Assembly: GCA_030770535.1 (NCBI GenBank)
Contig: JASVEC010000003.1
Location: 992,001-1,056,000, forward strand
Direction of reading: 5' to 3'
Source: Batkoa obscura
Lineage: Eukaryota
DNA length: 64,000 bases
Shown: positions 1 through 14,535 of the stretch, one piece after another
Layout of the letters: each line of letters begins with the position of its first letter
How positions within the stretch are numbered: position 1 is the first letter of the stretch
Translations under genes and position numbers: made by a program
The notes under the pieces: generated by a model
What the model saw: the letters and a program-made list of their open reading frames with translations, nothing else
The model's database searches: none
What the model was told of the DNA's origin: nothing

Positions 1-293
1 ATAATTAAAAAATAAAGTAAAATAAATAAAAATAGTTAGCTAAATAAATAAAAATCATTAGTTTTGGGCTGTGAGATCATCATCATTATTTCTTTACAAA
101 TCCGACATCATAACCTGGACACATGGGCTACGGTTCAAATTGAGATTTAAAATTTATTAAAATAAAAGTGCACAAGAGTTGGCATAAACAATAGAGTTAT
201 AGAAAAGTAATTGTGTTTATAAAAGTAGTTGAAATCATAGAACTCTACTAATAAAATTGCCTTAATAATACTTGAAATTTTGGATCTTTAAAT

Positions 294-1822
294 TTATAAT
301 CCAAAATCAACATCCAAATCATCTAAATCTAAATCCCCTAAATCTTGGTCATGGTCCAAATCAAAATCAAGTTGATCAACTTCAAATTCTAAATCTAACC
401 CATCAATAATTGCATTCTCATCAGCTGACTTAGCATCCCCATTCACATCCTTACTCTTCTTTATTGTATGCTCTTTGACTGGTGAAAGACTTCTTTCTCT
501 CTTTTCATTCTTTACGGAACTAACTGGCAATATAACAGGTTCATTTTCTTTTTTATTATCTTTTGTATTTACATCGCTAACTCCATTACCTGATTGATTA
601 TTTTTATTATCTTCATTTATTTTTGGTGGCGAAACAGAGCCAGCGGAATTGGAGGCATTAAACCCTTCTTTGTTACTTTCTTTAGCTTGTCTTTGGCGTT
701 TTTCTTTTAAAATCTCCTCAAGAGACTTTACCTTAATATCCTTAAATTGTTCTTCGGAAGCTTTCTTAGTATTAGAAGGAGGAGAGGACTTGACCTTGTC
801 CATAGCACGAGAATTTGCTTTATTTTCTTTGTTTTTGTTGTTATTATTTTCTTTATTATTAAGATTGGATAAACGATCATTTATAGAACGTGGTTGATTT
901 GTTTTTTTATTTGTTTCTTTGGTATTACCATTTTGTTGTTGTTGATTATTCTGTTGATTAGACTTATTTTTAAAGTTGTTCTTGTTTTGATGTTGACCAT
1001 GACCGCCATTGGCAGCTGGTTGCATATTATTTTTAGGCACAAAGCTTAAAGTGCCATTGGAATGAGCGACATTGTTACCGTGTTTTGGTAACCCGTTTTG
1101 ACTAGACATAAAGCTAAGACCCCCGTTTTGTCTTGGTGATATCTTTTGTTGGTTATTATTGACCGAATGGCCATTGTTCTTCGAATTAGATAACCCAGGC
1201 TTGGGTACAAAAGGTCTTGCATATGGGTTGGGTAACCCTGAAAAGTTACTTTTAGCCTCACCTTGATTATCAACAGAACCAGAATCGGATCCATGAGGTG
1301 GTGATACAACTTGTGTATTAATAGCTTGAGTAGCTACTGGACGAACACTTGGTTTTGGAATGACATTTGGTATAACTTTTTATTGTATAAGCATAGGTCT
1401 AAATATATTTTAATAAATGCACTCACTTGTTTTTGGCATGGAATGTTTAAATGGACAAGTCGGTTTTAAACAGCCACCGTTGAGTTCCCAATAACATTGA
1501 ATTTCTGCTTTAGAAGCTTGAGCTACCTACAACATAAAATAAGTATTGTAGCAGATAATAGATAGATAAAAACATACTGGTTGATTAGGAACATGAAAAG
1601 TAGAATGTAATTTATCGCAATTATCAGTTTTGCAAATCTTAGTGGTAGACCAGTCAGGGCAAAGCACTTTATTGGTTTTACATACTTCATTGTGTCGAAA
1701 ACTACACATTGCACCCTTTAACACAAAGATAAGATATTAATTAAAGAATAAATTAAGCGAATTACTTTGGTACAACCATCAGCAAGGAAAAAATAACAAT
1801 CTTGTCTTGAATCTATAGTCAT
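294..1822 (-). CDS. ZC3H11A-like triple CCCH zinc-finger protein (spliced)
   Basis: ATG 1822. GT-AG introns 1716-1765, 1527-1577 and 1376-1426. Exons give CYFFLADGCTKGAMCSFRH, CPDWSTTKICKTDNCDKLH and CYWELNGGCLKPTCPFKH. Later PAM2-like LPNPYARPFVP and KSLEEILKEK, then an acidic C-terminus (ORF 294..1109). Confidence 0.8.
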
Positions 1823-3595
1823 TGTTGTTTTTTAAAAAGGTTCTGGATGAATATTCTTGTTAAAAATTTGAAAAAAGGTCCTAAGATGTTAAATTTTATG
1901 ATTGCAACTTTTATTATTTTGACTCAGCACTTTAAACCAATTAAAATACCGACCTTGTAATTTATTGATTCAGTCGATTTATTTCATTGGTTGATCTTAT
2001 ATGTAATCTTGTCATTTTTGCTTTTTAAGCCAATCATAATGTTAGGTTCAATTGCTCAATTAATGAAATTAAGCTGGGGATTCTAATTACCTGTTAGTAA
2101 ACAGTTAAGTTTAAATGCTTGATTTTATACAATGGAAAATAAAGCATTTTATATCATATTAAAATTAATATGTGATATATATGTCAATTATAACATTTTA
2201 GCTTTGTATTAAAGTGATAAAATTTCAAGTTTATTAAGCAAAATTGTTAAATGAAGCCAAAAAATGGGATTTGATTTAAAGGATCACAGTTTGAAGTGAA
2301 ACAGTTTGGACATGTCATTTTTATTTTAGAAATTTATTTTATTTTTCCACTCAACAATGTTAAAAAATAGACACAATAATGAAACCAAAAGACAGTCTTA
2401 TTATATAAGGTACTTTCCTAAATAATCCAAGATTTTTAATTAAAAAGAAGCACAGGTAATTGGGTACAATATCAATTTTATTTTTTGTCATTATTTTTCT
2501 AAAACCTAATGTGATTTTACTATCAATAGTTTTTACTGTTGCAATTTATTATTTTTACCAGATAGCTTAGTCAAGTTTTTTTAGATTGCTTTACAAATTA
2601 TCATCTATTTTTCCAGTCTACCTATTAGCATTACTAGGAATTAAATTTATTTTTTTAACTTTAGAATATTTTATTTCAATTCCTAAATATTTATAAAAGC
2701 AATTATTAGCATATAAAAAATAGCCTTTGCTATATGCTAGAAATCCTCTTTATTATATTAAATACATTTATCACTAAACAAGCAATACAGTATGAAATCA
2801 AAAGAATAAAAGATGTCAAAACAAAATAGAACTATGATATTAAACCGCCTACTATTTTATTTTGTAAATACAATTAATTGTTATACTCTCAAAAACAAAG
2901 ATATCAAAGTCTTTAAACATCTACCACTATTATTACAACAATGATTTATTACTAAATAGCAGTTATTTTGTGAAAAAATAAAATACTCGTTAGCTTAACA
3001 AATTTTGTTACAATTCCTTAGTAAATGAAAGGTAATTTTTTTAAGTTTTGGTTTAACTCAAAAATTTTTTTTTAAATAAACTTGAATTAAAAATTAAGAG
3101 CTTAAGAAACAAAAAATAAATAATAAAGTAGGTTTAGTAATAGTATATGATTTATTATCTTATTTTTAATACTAATCATTAAAGTAAAAAATCTATTTTT
3201 AATACTAATTAAAAATAAAAAGTATTTCATTTACTATTTATTAGAAACATAGAATGAACTCTTTATAAATAATTTCCATTCTTGAAATGTTAGCTTCAAA
3301 TAAGAGTGTTATTCCGTTGGTAAGATCGATTCATCCCAAGATAAAATTGAATTATATGAAACTAAAGATTATTAGCAGTTGAAATATTTCTTAAGAAATA
3401 ACTAATATAATTCAATAAAATACTCCATTTACATAGTTTCATCCTTTAACAATGAATACTTATTTAAAATAAAAATAGTCGTCATTAGACCATATATAAA
3501 TACTTAATTTCTTTTATTTTTTAAACTAATTTTTACACTTTACATTTGCTATTTTATTATATTGTCTGCATCTATCTTTATAATTCAATTACAAT

Positions 3596-6500
3596 ATGCT
3601 ACAAAAAAATCTATTATTAAGCATCCTCATTGTATCTTTAATCCGTGGTCAAGCATTAACCATAGATAAAGAACCCACACCAATATTACCTAATACCATT
3701 CAACAAGAGAATTCGAATTCAAATACAAATAATTTAACAACTAACAATAATAATAACGAAGCATCTAATAATAATGATAATAATAACGAAGCATCTAATA
3801 ATAATAATAATAATAATAATAATGAAGTATCTAATAGTAATAAAAACATACCAAATATAGAAAATAATCCCTCATTACCACCATCAAATGAGTCGATTAC
3901 TCCAGCCTTATCAGTACAACCTAATACCCCTTCAGATATACCACAACCAATGAATAATAATAATTTACCATCCACTAATAATACCCCTTCTACAAACGCA
4001 GCAACAGAAATAAAAACAAATGAATCAACTTTACCACAGGAAATGAATAATAACAATACGCCACGTATAGTAAACAATCCACCGCAAGAAATGAATAGCA
4101 ATAATATTCCACCAGTAGTAAATAATGAATCTATCAGTCCTGGACCAGGAGTAAAGTCCAACGGAGCTAATTTACCACAAGAAATGAATAATAATAACCC
4201 ACCACAAGATAATAAGAATACTCCATCTCCAAATGAAATACAAGAAGCTGATAATAATGGTATACCATTGAGTATGAATAATACAGCTACAGCTTTATCT
4301 CAAGAGAATAAAAACGCTCCTTTCATCTTACCACAGGAAATGAATAAAAGCAATCAAGCTTCAACCATGAAGGACGTAGCTCTAAAAGCCGCTGAAGAAA
4401 TGAAAAATAAGATGCAATTAAATGCTACACAAGAGGAGAATAATGATACTCTAAATTTACCAAAGGAAATGAATAATAATAATAATTTATCGTTAAGAAA
4501 GAATACACTTTCTTTAAATGTTGTACAAGAAGAAAAAAGGATTAATCCAGAAGTAATGAATGCAGTCAATAGTAATAATATTTTGCCATCAATAGAGGGC
4601 AATAATTCAGTCGTAAAGCCAGTACAAGAGGTAGAGATTAACGAACCATCTCCACCTAAAGAAATGAACAATGATAATATACCAACTGTAATGAATACTT
4701 CAATTACAAATACAGAACAAGAGATGAAAAACAATCAATTTAATAATCCTCAAGAAATGAAGAATAATAATAATATACTGTCGACAATTAATAATAATCC
4801 TTTAAATGTAAATCAAGAGACAGATAATGTTGATTCGGAAATGGCTAAAAAACTCAATACTACAACAAGTAAACTAAGTAAATCTCAGGGTATAGAAAAT
4901 TCAAAACAAAGTATTTTGTTCAATGAAAATAAGCTACAACGTATTGGTATGTCTGAAGAGATGAGTAAAGAAGATAAATTAAACCAACCATCAAATAAAG
5001 TTAATTCTACTACTACAAACAGTATGGTGGACGTTAATAATAATTTATTAACTGATATGAATGAAATACGAGAAATTACGGATGAAGATTTAATGAATGG
5101 AGATGAAATGATTACTGTTGCTAATAATAGCAACAATAATAACAATGAAGAAGGAAAAGAAGATGGTAATTCGGAATCTAAAAGAAATTATATAAATATG
5201 GCAAATTCAATGAATAAAACTAAAAAGAATGAAATAGCCATAAACGAAGAGATTCAAGGTAATTCAAAAGAAAAAGAAATAGCTCAAGGTATTTCAAAGC
5301 AAGAAGAAATGAAAGAAATTGAAAATCGAATCAATATTGATAAGTCAAAGAAAGCTAAGGATAATAAAGAATTCAATAGTTCAAAAGAGAATCAAGGATA
5401 TACGAATATAGTTAACCTAAATATGGAACCTATGAGAGAAGAACTCAATACTAACAGGAATCCTTTTGACTTTGATACTTTTAATGAAAAAGATGAAAAA
5501 GATATTGATATTAATAAAGAAAGAGAAATGATTGAGAGAGGACGAATTGATAATATAAGAAAATTACAAGCAGTAAATGATCGAAAAAATCCAACTTTTG
5601 TTGCTCCATCGCCTATTTTAATTCAAGATTTAAAACCAATGAGTAATCGACCATTAATACAGCAACAGCCACAGCAACAGCCTTCTAAAATGAATATGAT
5701 ATCTAATAGAGAGTTAGAATATACTAGAAATGACTTTATAACGAAAAAACAACTAAACAATAATAGTAATAATTTAAATATCGATTTAATGGAACCAATA
5801 TTACAGCCACAAGGAAATTCAATTAATTTAAATCCGATTTCTAATATTCCTTTTAATAATAATAATGAAATGAATAAAATTGATATGAATGTAGATAATA
5901 CTGTAGGGATGAATAATAATATGAATACTATAAATAACAACATGAATCCCATGAATAATGACGTTGACATGAATATGAATTCCATGACTCCAATGACTTC
6001 TAATCAACCTCCTATTCCCTCTACTCAAGACTCACAAACAAGCATTCAATCTTTGTTAAAAAATCAAGCTAATTCTGCTAACTCCCAACCCCTTCTTAAT
6101 ACCTTCCAAGCACCTATTATTATTGATAAAACTTATCTTAATTCTCAACATCAACATCAACAACTTCAAAATTACATTTATAGTCTTAAATGTAAAAATG
6201 AAAAATCTATAATTACCCCCACCCCCGTTACTACTACAGCAACAGTGACTTCCACTAAAATGGTTAAAGTTACAGAAACTTCTATGGAGACAAAGTATTT
6301 AAGAATTACAGAAACTAAAATGATAATGAGAACTTTGACATCGACGGTAATGAAAACAATTCCTACTAATTTAGGATATAGAGGTAGGGATTATGTAAAT
6401 AATGGACAAATGGAATATCCAAAAGTGATGAGTGAAAATGAAAATCAAATGATGGTGGGAGATAGTTATAATGAAATTAATTCGAATAATGTGAATAATT

Positions 6501-6718
6501 ATTATAATAATGAACTCAGTAATAGTAATAGTAGTAATTACATCTATAGTACTAGTACTACTTATAACGATAATGAAAATAACATTCATAGTAGTAATTT
6601 CAATTATAGCAGTATTGATACTATTTCATATAATAACAATCGAAATTTCGAAACTTCCAGTAACATTGTACCTACTAAAACGGTATTATTTTTAGAATCC
6701 CCTTCTTTTAATTATTAA
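3596..6718 (+). CDS. Large intronless secreted Asn/Met/Pro-rich low-complexity protein
   Basis: 1040-aa ORF with hydrophobic N-terminal signal-like peptide, repeated PQEMNNN units and a Thr-rich segment near the C-terminus. TATA-like TATATAAA at ~3493. Confidence 0.75.
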   Translation: MLQKNLLLSILIVSLIRGQALTIDKEPTPILPNTIQQENSNSNTNNLTTNNNNNEASNNNDNNNEASNNNNNNNNNEVSNSNKNIPNIENNPSLPPSNESITPALSVQPNTPSDIPQPMNNNNLPSTNNTPSTNAATEIKTNESTLPQEMNNNNTPRIVNNPPQEMNSNNIPPVVNNESISPGPGVKSNGANLPQEMNNNNPPQDNKNTPSPNEIQEADNNGIPLSMNNTATALSQENKNAPFILPQEMNKSNQASTMKDVALKAAEEMKNKMQLNATQEENNDTLNLPKEMNNNNNLSLRKNTLSLNVVQEEKRINPEVMNAVNSNNILPSIEGNNSVVKPVQEVEINEPSPPKEMNNDNIPTVMNTSITNTEQEMKNNQFNNPQEMKNNNNILSTINNNPLNVNQETDNVDSEMAKKLNTTTSKLSKSQGIENSKQSILFNENKLQRIGMSEEMSKEDKLNQPSNKVNSTTTNSMVDVNNNLLTDMNEIREITDEDLMNGDEMITVANNSNNNNNEEGKEDGNSESKRNYINMANSMNKTKKNEIAINEEIQGNSKEKEIAQGISKQEEMKEIENRINIDKSKKAKDNKEFNSSKENQGYTNIVNLNMEPMREELNTNRNPFDFDTFNEKDEKDIDINKEREMIERGRIDNIRKLQAVNDRKNPTFVAPSPILIQDLKPMSNRPLIQQQPQQQPSKMNMISNRELEYTRNDFITKKQLNNNSNNLNIDLMEPILQPQGNSINLNPISNIPFNNNNEMNKIDMNVDNTVGMNNNMNTINNNMNPMNNDVDMNMNSMTPMTSNQPPIPSTQDSQTSIQSLLKNQANSANSQPLLNTFQAPIIIDKTYLNSQHQHQQLQNYIYSLKCKNEKSIITPTPVTTTATVTSTKMVKVTETSMETKYLRITETKMIMRTLTSTVMKTIPTNLGYRGRDYVNNGQMEYPKVMSENENQMMVGDSYNEINSNNVNNYYNNELSNSNSSNYIYSTSTTYNDNENNIHSSNFNYSSIDTISYNNNRNFETSSNIVPTKTVLFLESPSFNY

Positions 6719-6931
6719 TATTGAATAAAAGAACTGATATTTTATTTACTTTATCCTTTTTTTATTTAATCAAGTTAAATTTAAATGAATAATTGAATTA
6801 TTAAAAAAAAAATTAATTAAACTAGAATATTTTTTTAATCAAAAAAGAGATAAAAGGAAGGAAAGAAAATTCGTAAAAAAGAGAAAAAGAAAAGAGAGAA
6901 ACTAACTTGACATACTACTTCACTTATCGTA

Positions 6932-9209
6932 TTAAAAGAAAATATTAGTTCCTTGTCCTTGACTTTGTTGATTTTGGTTTTGATTTTGATTAACACTTCC
7001 AAATGGATTTGAATTATTAGTATTACCTGTAGTAGTGGAATCAAATCCATTATTGATATTACCAAATAAATTATCATTGCTTAAACTATTATTTAAATTA
7101 TTATTATTATTTAACATTGGACTCGGATTATTAAACAATTGGTTTAAACTTGGACTAGAATTCGAATGATTGTTGTTTGTAAATAAATTATTATTATTAT
7201 TATTATTATTAGCATTCATTTGAAATGGGTTATTATTTAAACTATTATTGTTCATTCCCAACTTATTGTTATTTGGTGAATTAGAATTGAATAAATTTAA
7301 ATTATTACTACTATTATTATTAGAACTAAAACAGATATTAATTTTCATACAAACACAATTTCAAAATAATTAGTTACTTATTATTATTATCTCTTTCAGC
7401 TGCAAACGAAGCAAATGGATCAATTTTAGAACTAAATAAATAAATTTATTAATATTTAGTTCTCATCAGCTATAATATTAAATAATATTACCTATTACGA
7501 GCCACTTCTGCTAATGCTGTATTAGCATTATTGACTTTCTGATGAGGTAATAATTTAGCTTTAAATCCACCATCAAATTGGTTATTAAATTGAGAATTAA
7601 ATCCTGTCGCTGTATTATTGTTATTGTTATTTTGATTTCCTTGCTGTTGTTGATTTAATTGAAATATATTAGTATTAACTTGATGATGATTCATTGGATT
7701 ATTATTCTGATGAAATGGATTTGATTGGTTAAAACTACTCATACTATTATAACTTGTATTATAATTACTTGTATTATAACTTGTATTGGAACTAAATGCT
7801 AAGGGATCAAGTCCTAATAAATCAGCTGTTCCACTTTTACTATTAGGATCATGAATTATATTTCCAAAAAAATCATATTGTTTTAAATGAGATACGGCAG
7901 AGGTATTCTTTTCACTAATTAATTTATAAAATCAATTAATAAATTATATTAATTATTATTATCATTATAGATTAACTTACTTTGGATTATAATCATCTAA
8001 TAAAACTAATTCATTTTCTTTAGCAATAGATTGCTCTCTCATTTGGGCTTCTTTTTCTGCTTCTCTTTTACTTAATTCAAGTGCATATTGAAGATCCTTA
8101 TCACTACTACAAACATAAATATAAATATATACATAAAATATAATAACATACTTATCCGTAAGTCCAGTTTGAGTTCTTTGAATAGGATTTCTTTCAGCCA
8201 TTTTTTTACTTTCTTCAATAGCTAATTGAAGGTCTCTATCTTCATCTGACATATTATGTTGTTTATTATTTTTTAAATAACTTGAATTCATACTACCATA
8301 ACCACCACTTGGATAATTAGTTTGATTTTCATTGTAATTATAACCGCTTCCACTAGCATATCCAGTAGATCCAAATCCACCTGTATTATTATTATTATTT
8401 CCATAATTATTGTTCATTTGATTGTTAATCCCTTTTCTCATTCCTCTTAATTTACTATCATCTGTTAATAACTCAGTTAGACTATTGGCTTTATGACGAA
8501 CTAACAAATAAAAAAATATTATTAATATCATAGAAGATAAATCACATCATTGTTATAATTCTATTATTATCTTATTATAATTCAATTACTTACCATTAGA
8601 ACCTTGATCTCTAGCTTGATCATCAATATACTGAAATTCTCTTAGTGTTTTTATACGATATAAGTTAGACTTAAAATGATTTAATGCTTCTTCAGAACCA
8701 AATTGAACTAAATATTCCATTAATGTTAAAGCCTAAATATAAAAAAATAGAAAATAAAAATTAATATATTGATAATAATAATTCATTTACCTTAAAAACA
8801 TGACGCCATTGTTTACCCGCATCATCTAACCTTTTATCCAAAATTTCCATCACTTCAATAAAGGTATGACTAATTTTTTAAAAATGGTAAATTTAGTAAG
8901 CTAATATTTTTACTTTCAGAAAACAAAATCTTACTGTGAAAATGTAGCTCGAGCAATTTCACTTAATGTTTTAGCATTTGGTCCAACCGGATCATTTGAA
9001 GTAGCATCTCTTACTTTAACTTGTATTTCAGAGTAATTAAACGTCATGTTTTTACTATAAATAATAAGATAATAAATAAACGAATCTTAATTTTATGTAA
9101 TTAAACACTCTCTTTCACTTTATTTTTAACTATATATACATAAATAGAATAAACAAATAGCCACTTACAGTGTACGTAAGGTACCCTTTGCTTTGATTGG
9201 GATTGACAT
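6932..9209 (-). CDS. Epsin (ENTH domain, UIMs, NPF motifs), multi-exon
   Basis: ATG 9209. Exons read VKVRDATSNDP, QWRHVFKALTLMEYL and LREFQYID. UIMs EDRDLQLAIEESKK and DKDLQYALELSKRE. Several NPF motifs in the Asn-rich tail (Ent1/Ent2-like). Internal exon boundaries approximate. Confidence 0.88.
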
Positions 9210-9845
9210 ATTGTTACTTTGTTACTTTTATTGGAATATTTTTTATAAAAGAAATAAAGTGCGATTTTTTTTAATAAATAGAAAAATCCAAACTTTTGTT
9301 GATTGAAATAAATTTAGCGATCTTTTTACCACCTGGTAAAACTCAAAGTTGAATTGTAACTCCAAGCATTGTTGAAATTTTATTGGTTCATTTAACAAAT
9401 TAAAAAAAGATGAATAATTGTTGAATCATTTTATGTTTCATTTATTTTAATAATACATTAGTTAAATACTTCCTTCTTTTGTTAGTTATAGTTAGTTTGT
9501 TTCTTTTTTGTGATATTTTATTTTTGTATACTCTTTTATTTTATTTTTATATACTCTTTTACTTTATTATAATAGTTAATAAAATCCTAAATTTTTATTC
9601 TTATGTGGCAACTTCTAATTCTTTTAAAAAAATTAATGCCAATTTTTTAATAATTTATGACCAAGTGATGACCAAATTTAGCTTTCATTTAGTCGAAATT
9701 CTATAAATAGAACACATACATTTAAAAAAAAACCAGTTTACTTTTTTGAATAAAAAATTTAAAAAATTTAAAAAATTTAAAACGAAATAAAAAACTGTTC
9801 TAATTTTTGTTATTGAAAAACAAATATAAACTTTTAAATCTTAAT

Positions 9846-11171
<1,326 letters not shown>

Positions 11172-11814
11172 TCTTTTGGATATTATCGTTGGAAAAGAAG
11201 ATAGTAAAATTGAAAGTTAAATTTGGATTGTATTTATAACATTTTAGAAATTTTAGTTGATTATGTCACAGCGTATTTAACTAAAAAAATCACTTCGATG
11301 TTAATTGGTTATGTTTTTTAGCATGCTTTTCAATTGGTTTGATTGAGCACTTAACTTACTCTTTTAGACAAAATGGTTGAATTTCGATTGCTATTATAAA
11401 GATTAATATTAATAATATTTATTTTGTGTTTTAACTTACTCTTTTTATCTTAAAAAATAAACAGGTATTTTATATTTCTATTACTATTACTATTATAACG
11501 TTAATAAAATACCAATGATTTTTTTAATTGTAGAGTAATTGAAATTTAAATCTAACTTCGTTAAATTTTAATAAACTGATTTTACATACAAATAAGCTCG
11601 CTTACTCATCAGCAACAAAATTAAATTTTTATTGTTTATTATAAGCCATATAACTATACTTGAATAGATTCAAACTTCTTTATTTAACTTCAATATGGAC
11701 AATTAAATTACAATTGTTATTTTTAATTAAATAAACACTCATTTAATATTTTTATTTTATTAACTTAATTCAAAGTGATGTAACTTTTAAAATATTTCAA
11801 TATTAATCAAAAAA

Positions 11815-12639
11815 ATGGAGAGTAAAGTATATAAAGAAGGAGCTGATAATCAAAAGCGGCAACATATTATATCATGCTACGGTTATAAAACAGCGGACTG
11901 GAGGTTAACAATAGCGTTTGCTTTTTGTGTTAGGATAACTAACAAGGGTCTTTTTGAGCTTCCTAACAACTATACTCAAAAAGAAATTCATTTGAGCTGT
12001 GTACAAGGTCACAAATAGAAAAGTATTAATATAAAAACTTTGACATTATCACCAGAATGTAAAACATTTGTAGATCAAGTTGAACAGGCGTGCTTGATGA
12101 ATTACAGTGATATTGGATGTTTTGTCGGCACTTATGTATATTCCTTGCTCCAAACCATGAGGATGAATAACTATCCCCTTTGCATTAAAGTAAAGCCTAT
12201 ATTAAATATCAGTATTGGTAATAAGAGAGAGATTATTAGTTCTATACCCAACTTTGTCACTAAGTCAGATAAGTCAATGCTGATAGTGTTTGAGGATACA
12301 GACACCAGAAATATCGGGTATGTTGGCGAATTTAAAGAAAATTAGGTTATGGATGAAATCTTTGCAGCTGCTTATAACATGGATATAGTCAAATCAACAG
12401 GCATTTATGGCATCAGAGTCATTGGCATTCTATTCACTTTTTAAAGAGCAGAAATAAAGTTAGATTACATTAAGGAGTCAATGACAGGCCTGCTCATAAA
12501 TTATGACCTCCATGTTTACCGATATCCAGATCTTGGTGATTTTTATTATAAAATTAATGCATTAGATTTTTGTAAATTTGAGGATTACAAAATCATTATT
12601 TGTTTTTCATTCAAAATTATTGAAGCACTGAAACTATAA
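11815..12639 (+). pseudogene. Pseudogene of a putative PD-(D/E)xK restriction-endonuclease-fold family, copy 1
   Basis: One frame from ATG 11815 to TAA 12639 with three internal stops (12016, 12343, 12442) where the paralog at 13.6-14.5 kb has W, Q and Y. Fold assignment is inferred from the pattern IPNFVTK...MLIVFED...ENxVMxxIFAAA...IGxxFTF. Confidence 0.6.
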
Positions 12640-13567
12640 ATGGTATAATCTTTTATAAAAAATATATGATAGAAAATAATCAGTCTCTAGTTTTTTGAAT
12701 TCAATAGTAACTTTACTCTGTGCCAATCAGCTATTGGAATCTTATTATAAATAAAACAGCTTTAATAATTATACTATTTTTACTTAAAATTTTAGTTTAA
12801 TGAGCTCATTGTATAGTTTAATACATCAAAAAACGTTAGACTAATTTAAATTTTAAATAGTTAAATAGTTGTAGTTAAATAAAAAAATGTATTAATTAAA
12901 ATCGATTTGTTTAAATAATAATACAACTTAAACTCTCTTATTTATTGTACCAACTTATTCTAATAGTTGGGTATCAGATTTACCTTTATGGCCTTGATTA
13001 ATCTTCTTACTATGTAATGTTCTCAACTATAATACTATAATTTGTAAAATGTCTTTTACTGCTTTTCTTATTAATATTTTTTAGCTAGCTGTTGACTGTA
13101 ATAAAACCTCTTTAGTCTCAACGCTCATTACGTTATGCTTTAGATGGCTATTTTATTTTAGTTAAAAGTCAACCTTTCTCTTGGTTTTTTTAATATTAAA
13201 ACCTAAGATATAAACTTTTAAATTAAGATAATGGACAGTTTACTTTAAATATTAATGTTTTGATCTTATTCGTTAACTGTAAAGTTTAATTTTTCAGCAA
13301 CTACAGTTGGCAATTTAAATAATAGCTCAAAACATACAATTTGGTCGCCTTTATTACCTGATATTGAAGCTATATCTTTTTGATTGTTTTCAATAAATTT
13401 TGTTTTAATAAATCTCATTTTAAATTGTTTGTTTAACTATTTTCTATAAAAAATCAATACTTCTTAATATAGCAAGTTAGGACTTTATCAAACATAAATT
13501 TACTAATTTTAAAAACTTTGATTTTCAATTTTTATTATTTATCTAAACTCACTCTTTTAATCAAAAA

Positions 13568-14535
13568 AAAGAAAATTAAAGAACATTATGAATGTTGCGA
13601 TTATGGAAATTATCAGCTTATCTTAACTAGACAATGCTCATAGAACAAGCGATTGTACACCTGGAATAAGAAAAGATATGAATATTTGGGTAACTGATCG
13701 TGATATCCTCCAGCTTCCTGCCATCTACACTATACAAGAAATTTATATAGAATGTGTAAAAGATCATGAATGGCAGATTATTGATGTGGAAAGTCTACCA
13801 TTGCCACCTGAGTACAAAACGCTTGTGCATGGAATCAAAGCAGTATATGGGGATGTATTTTTGTGTTTAAGAATTTTACTAGCAATTTTTCCGCTGAAAT
13901 AGCACTTAAAAGATGGAAAAAATAATGAAATCAAAAAAAACACCCCATATATCATGAATGACAGTATTTCTCAGTGTTTTGTTGATAGATATGTGTCTAT
14001 GTTATTTTACGTTATTGGTATGAATAACTATCCTCTTTCTATTAAGGTAAACTGTGTGTTGGAGGCCGAAATTAGCGACCAGGAAGAGAGTGTTGCTTCA
14101 ATGTCCAGGCTTTTCACCAAGTCAAAGAATTCAATGCTAGTAGTGTTTGAGAATATGGATGCCAGAAATGCAAATCATACCAATCAATTTAAAGAAAACC
14201 AAGTTATGGATAACATTTTTGTAGCTGCTAATAATGTAAAAAACAACCCAGTAGATATATATGCAATCGGAATAATTGATACCCTATTTACGTTTTATAA
14301 GGCTCTTGTTAAGTCCGATTACACTATAGATTCAATGACAGGACCATCTAAATTACATTACTTGGATGTTGAGCGATACTCAAACCCTAGTACAGATGAA
14401 GACAAGTTCAATCCACTAGATTTCTGCAAGCTTGAAGAGCGCAAAATCATTGCTAAATATTTAAAACCATCACCTCCCTGCAATCATAATACACCACACT
14501 TTTTTTTTTCAAAAAGAGTGATAAAGAATGAGTAA
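13568..14535 (+). pseudogene. Paralog of 11815-12639, disrupted by a MITE and 5' lesions
   Basis: ORFs 13678.. and 13954.. are in one frame. Removing MITE 13849-13946 plus one ATAT gives AVYIMNDSISQCFV, aligning with QACLMNYSDIGCFV. Shared MNNYPL and KSxxSMLxVFE. Start codon apparently lost, with an upstream stop/frameshift. Confidence 0.65.
13849..13946. mobile_element. MITE family A (GGGG...CCCC), inserted in coding sequence
   Basis: GGGGATGTATTTT...AAAACACCCC flanked by ATAT/ATAT. Confidence 0.92.

Noticed and set aside
3700..6695. Antisense and alternate-frame ORFs over the Asn-rich gene (also 649..897)
   Set aside because: Shadow ORFs caused by AAT-rich low-complexity codons.
12016..12444. 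Stop-codon reassignment or A-to-I rescue of the in-frame stops
   Set aside because: The stops align with three different residues (W, Q, Y) in the paralog, and other genes end normally in TAA/TAG, so these are ordinary nonsense mutations.
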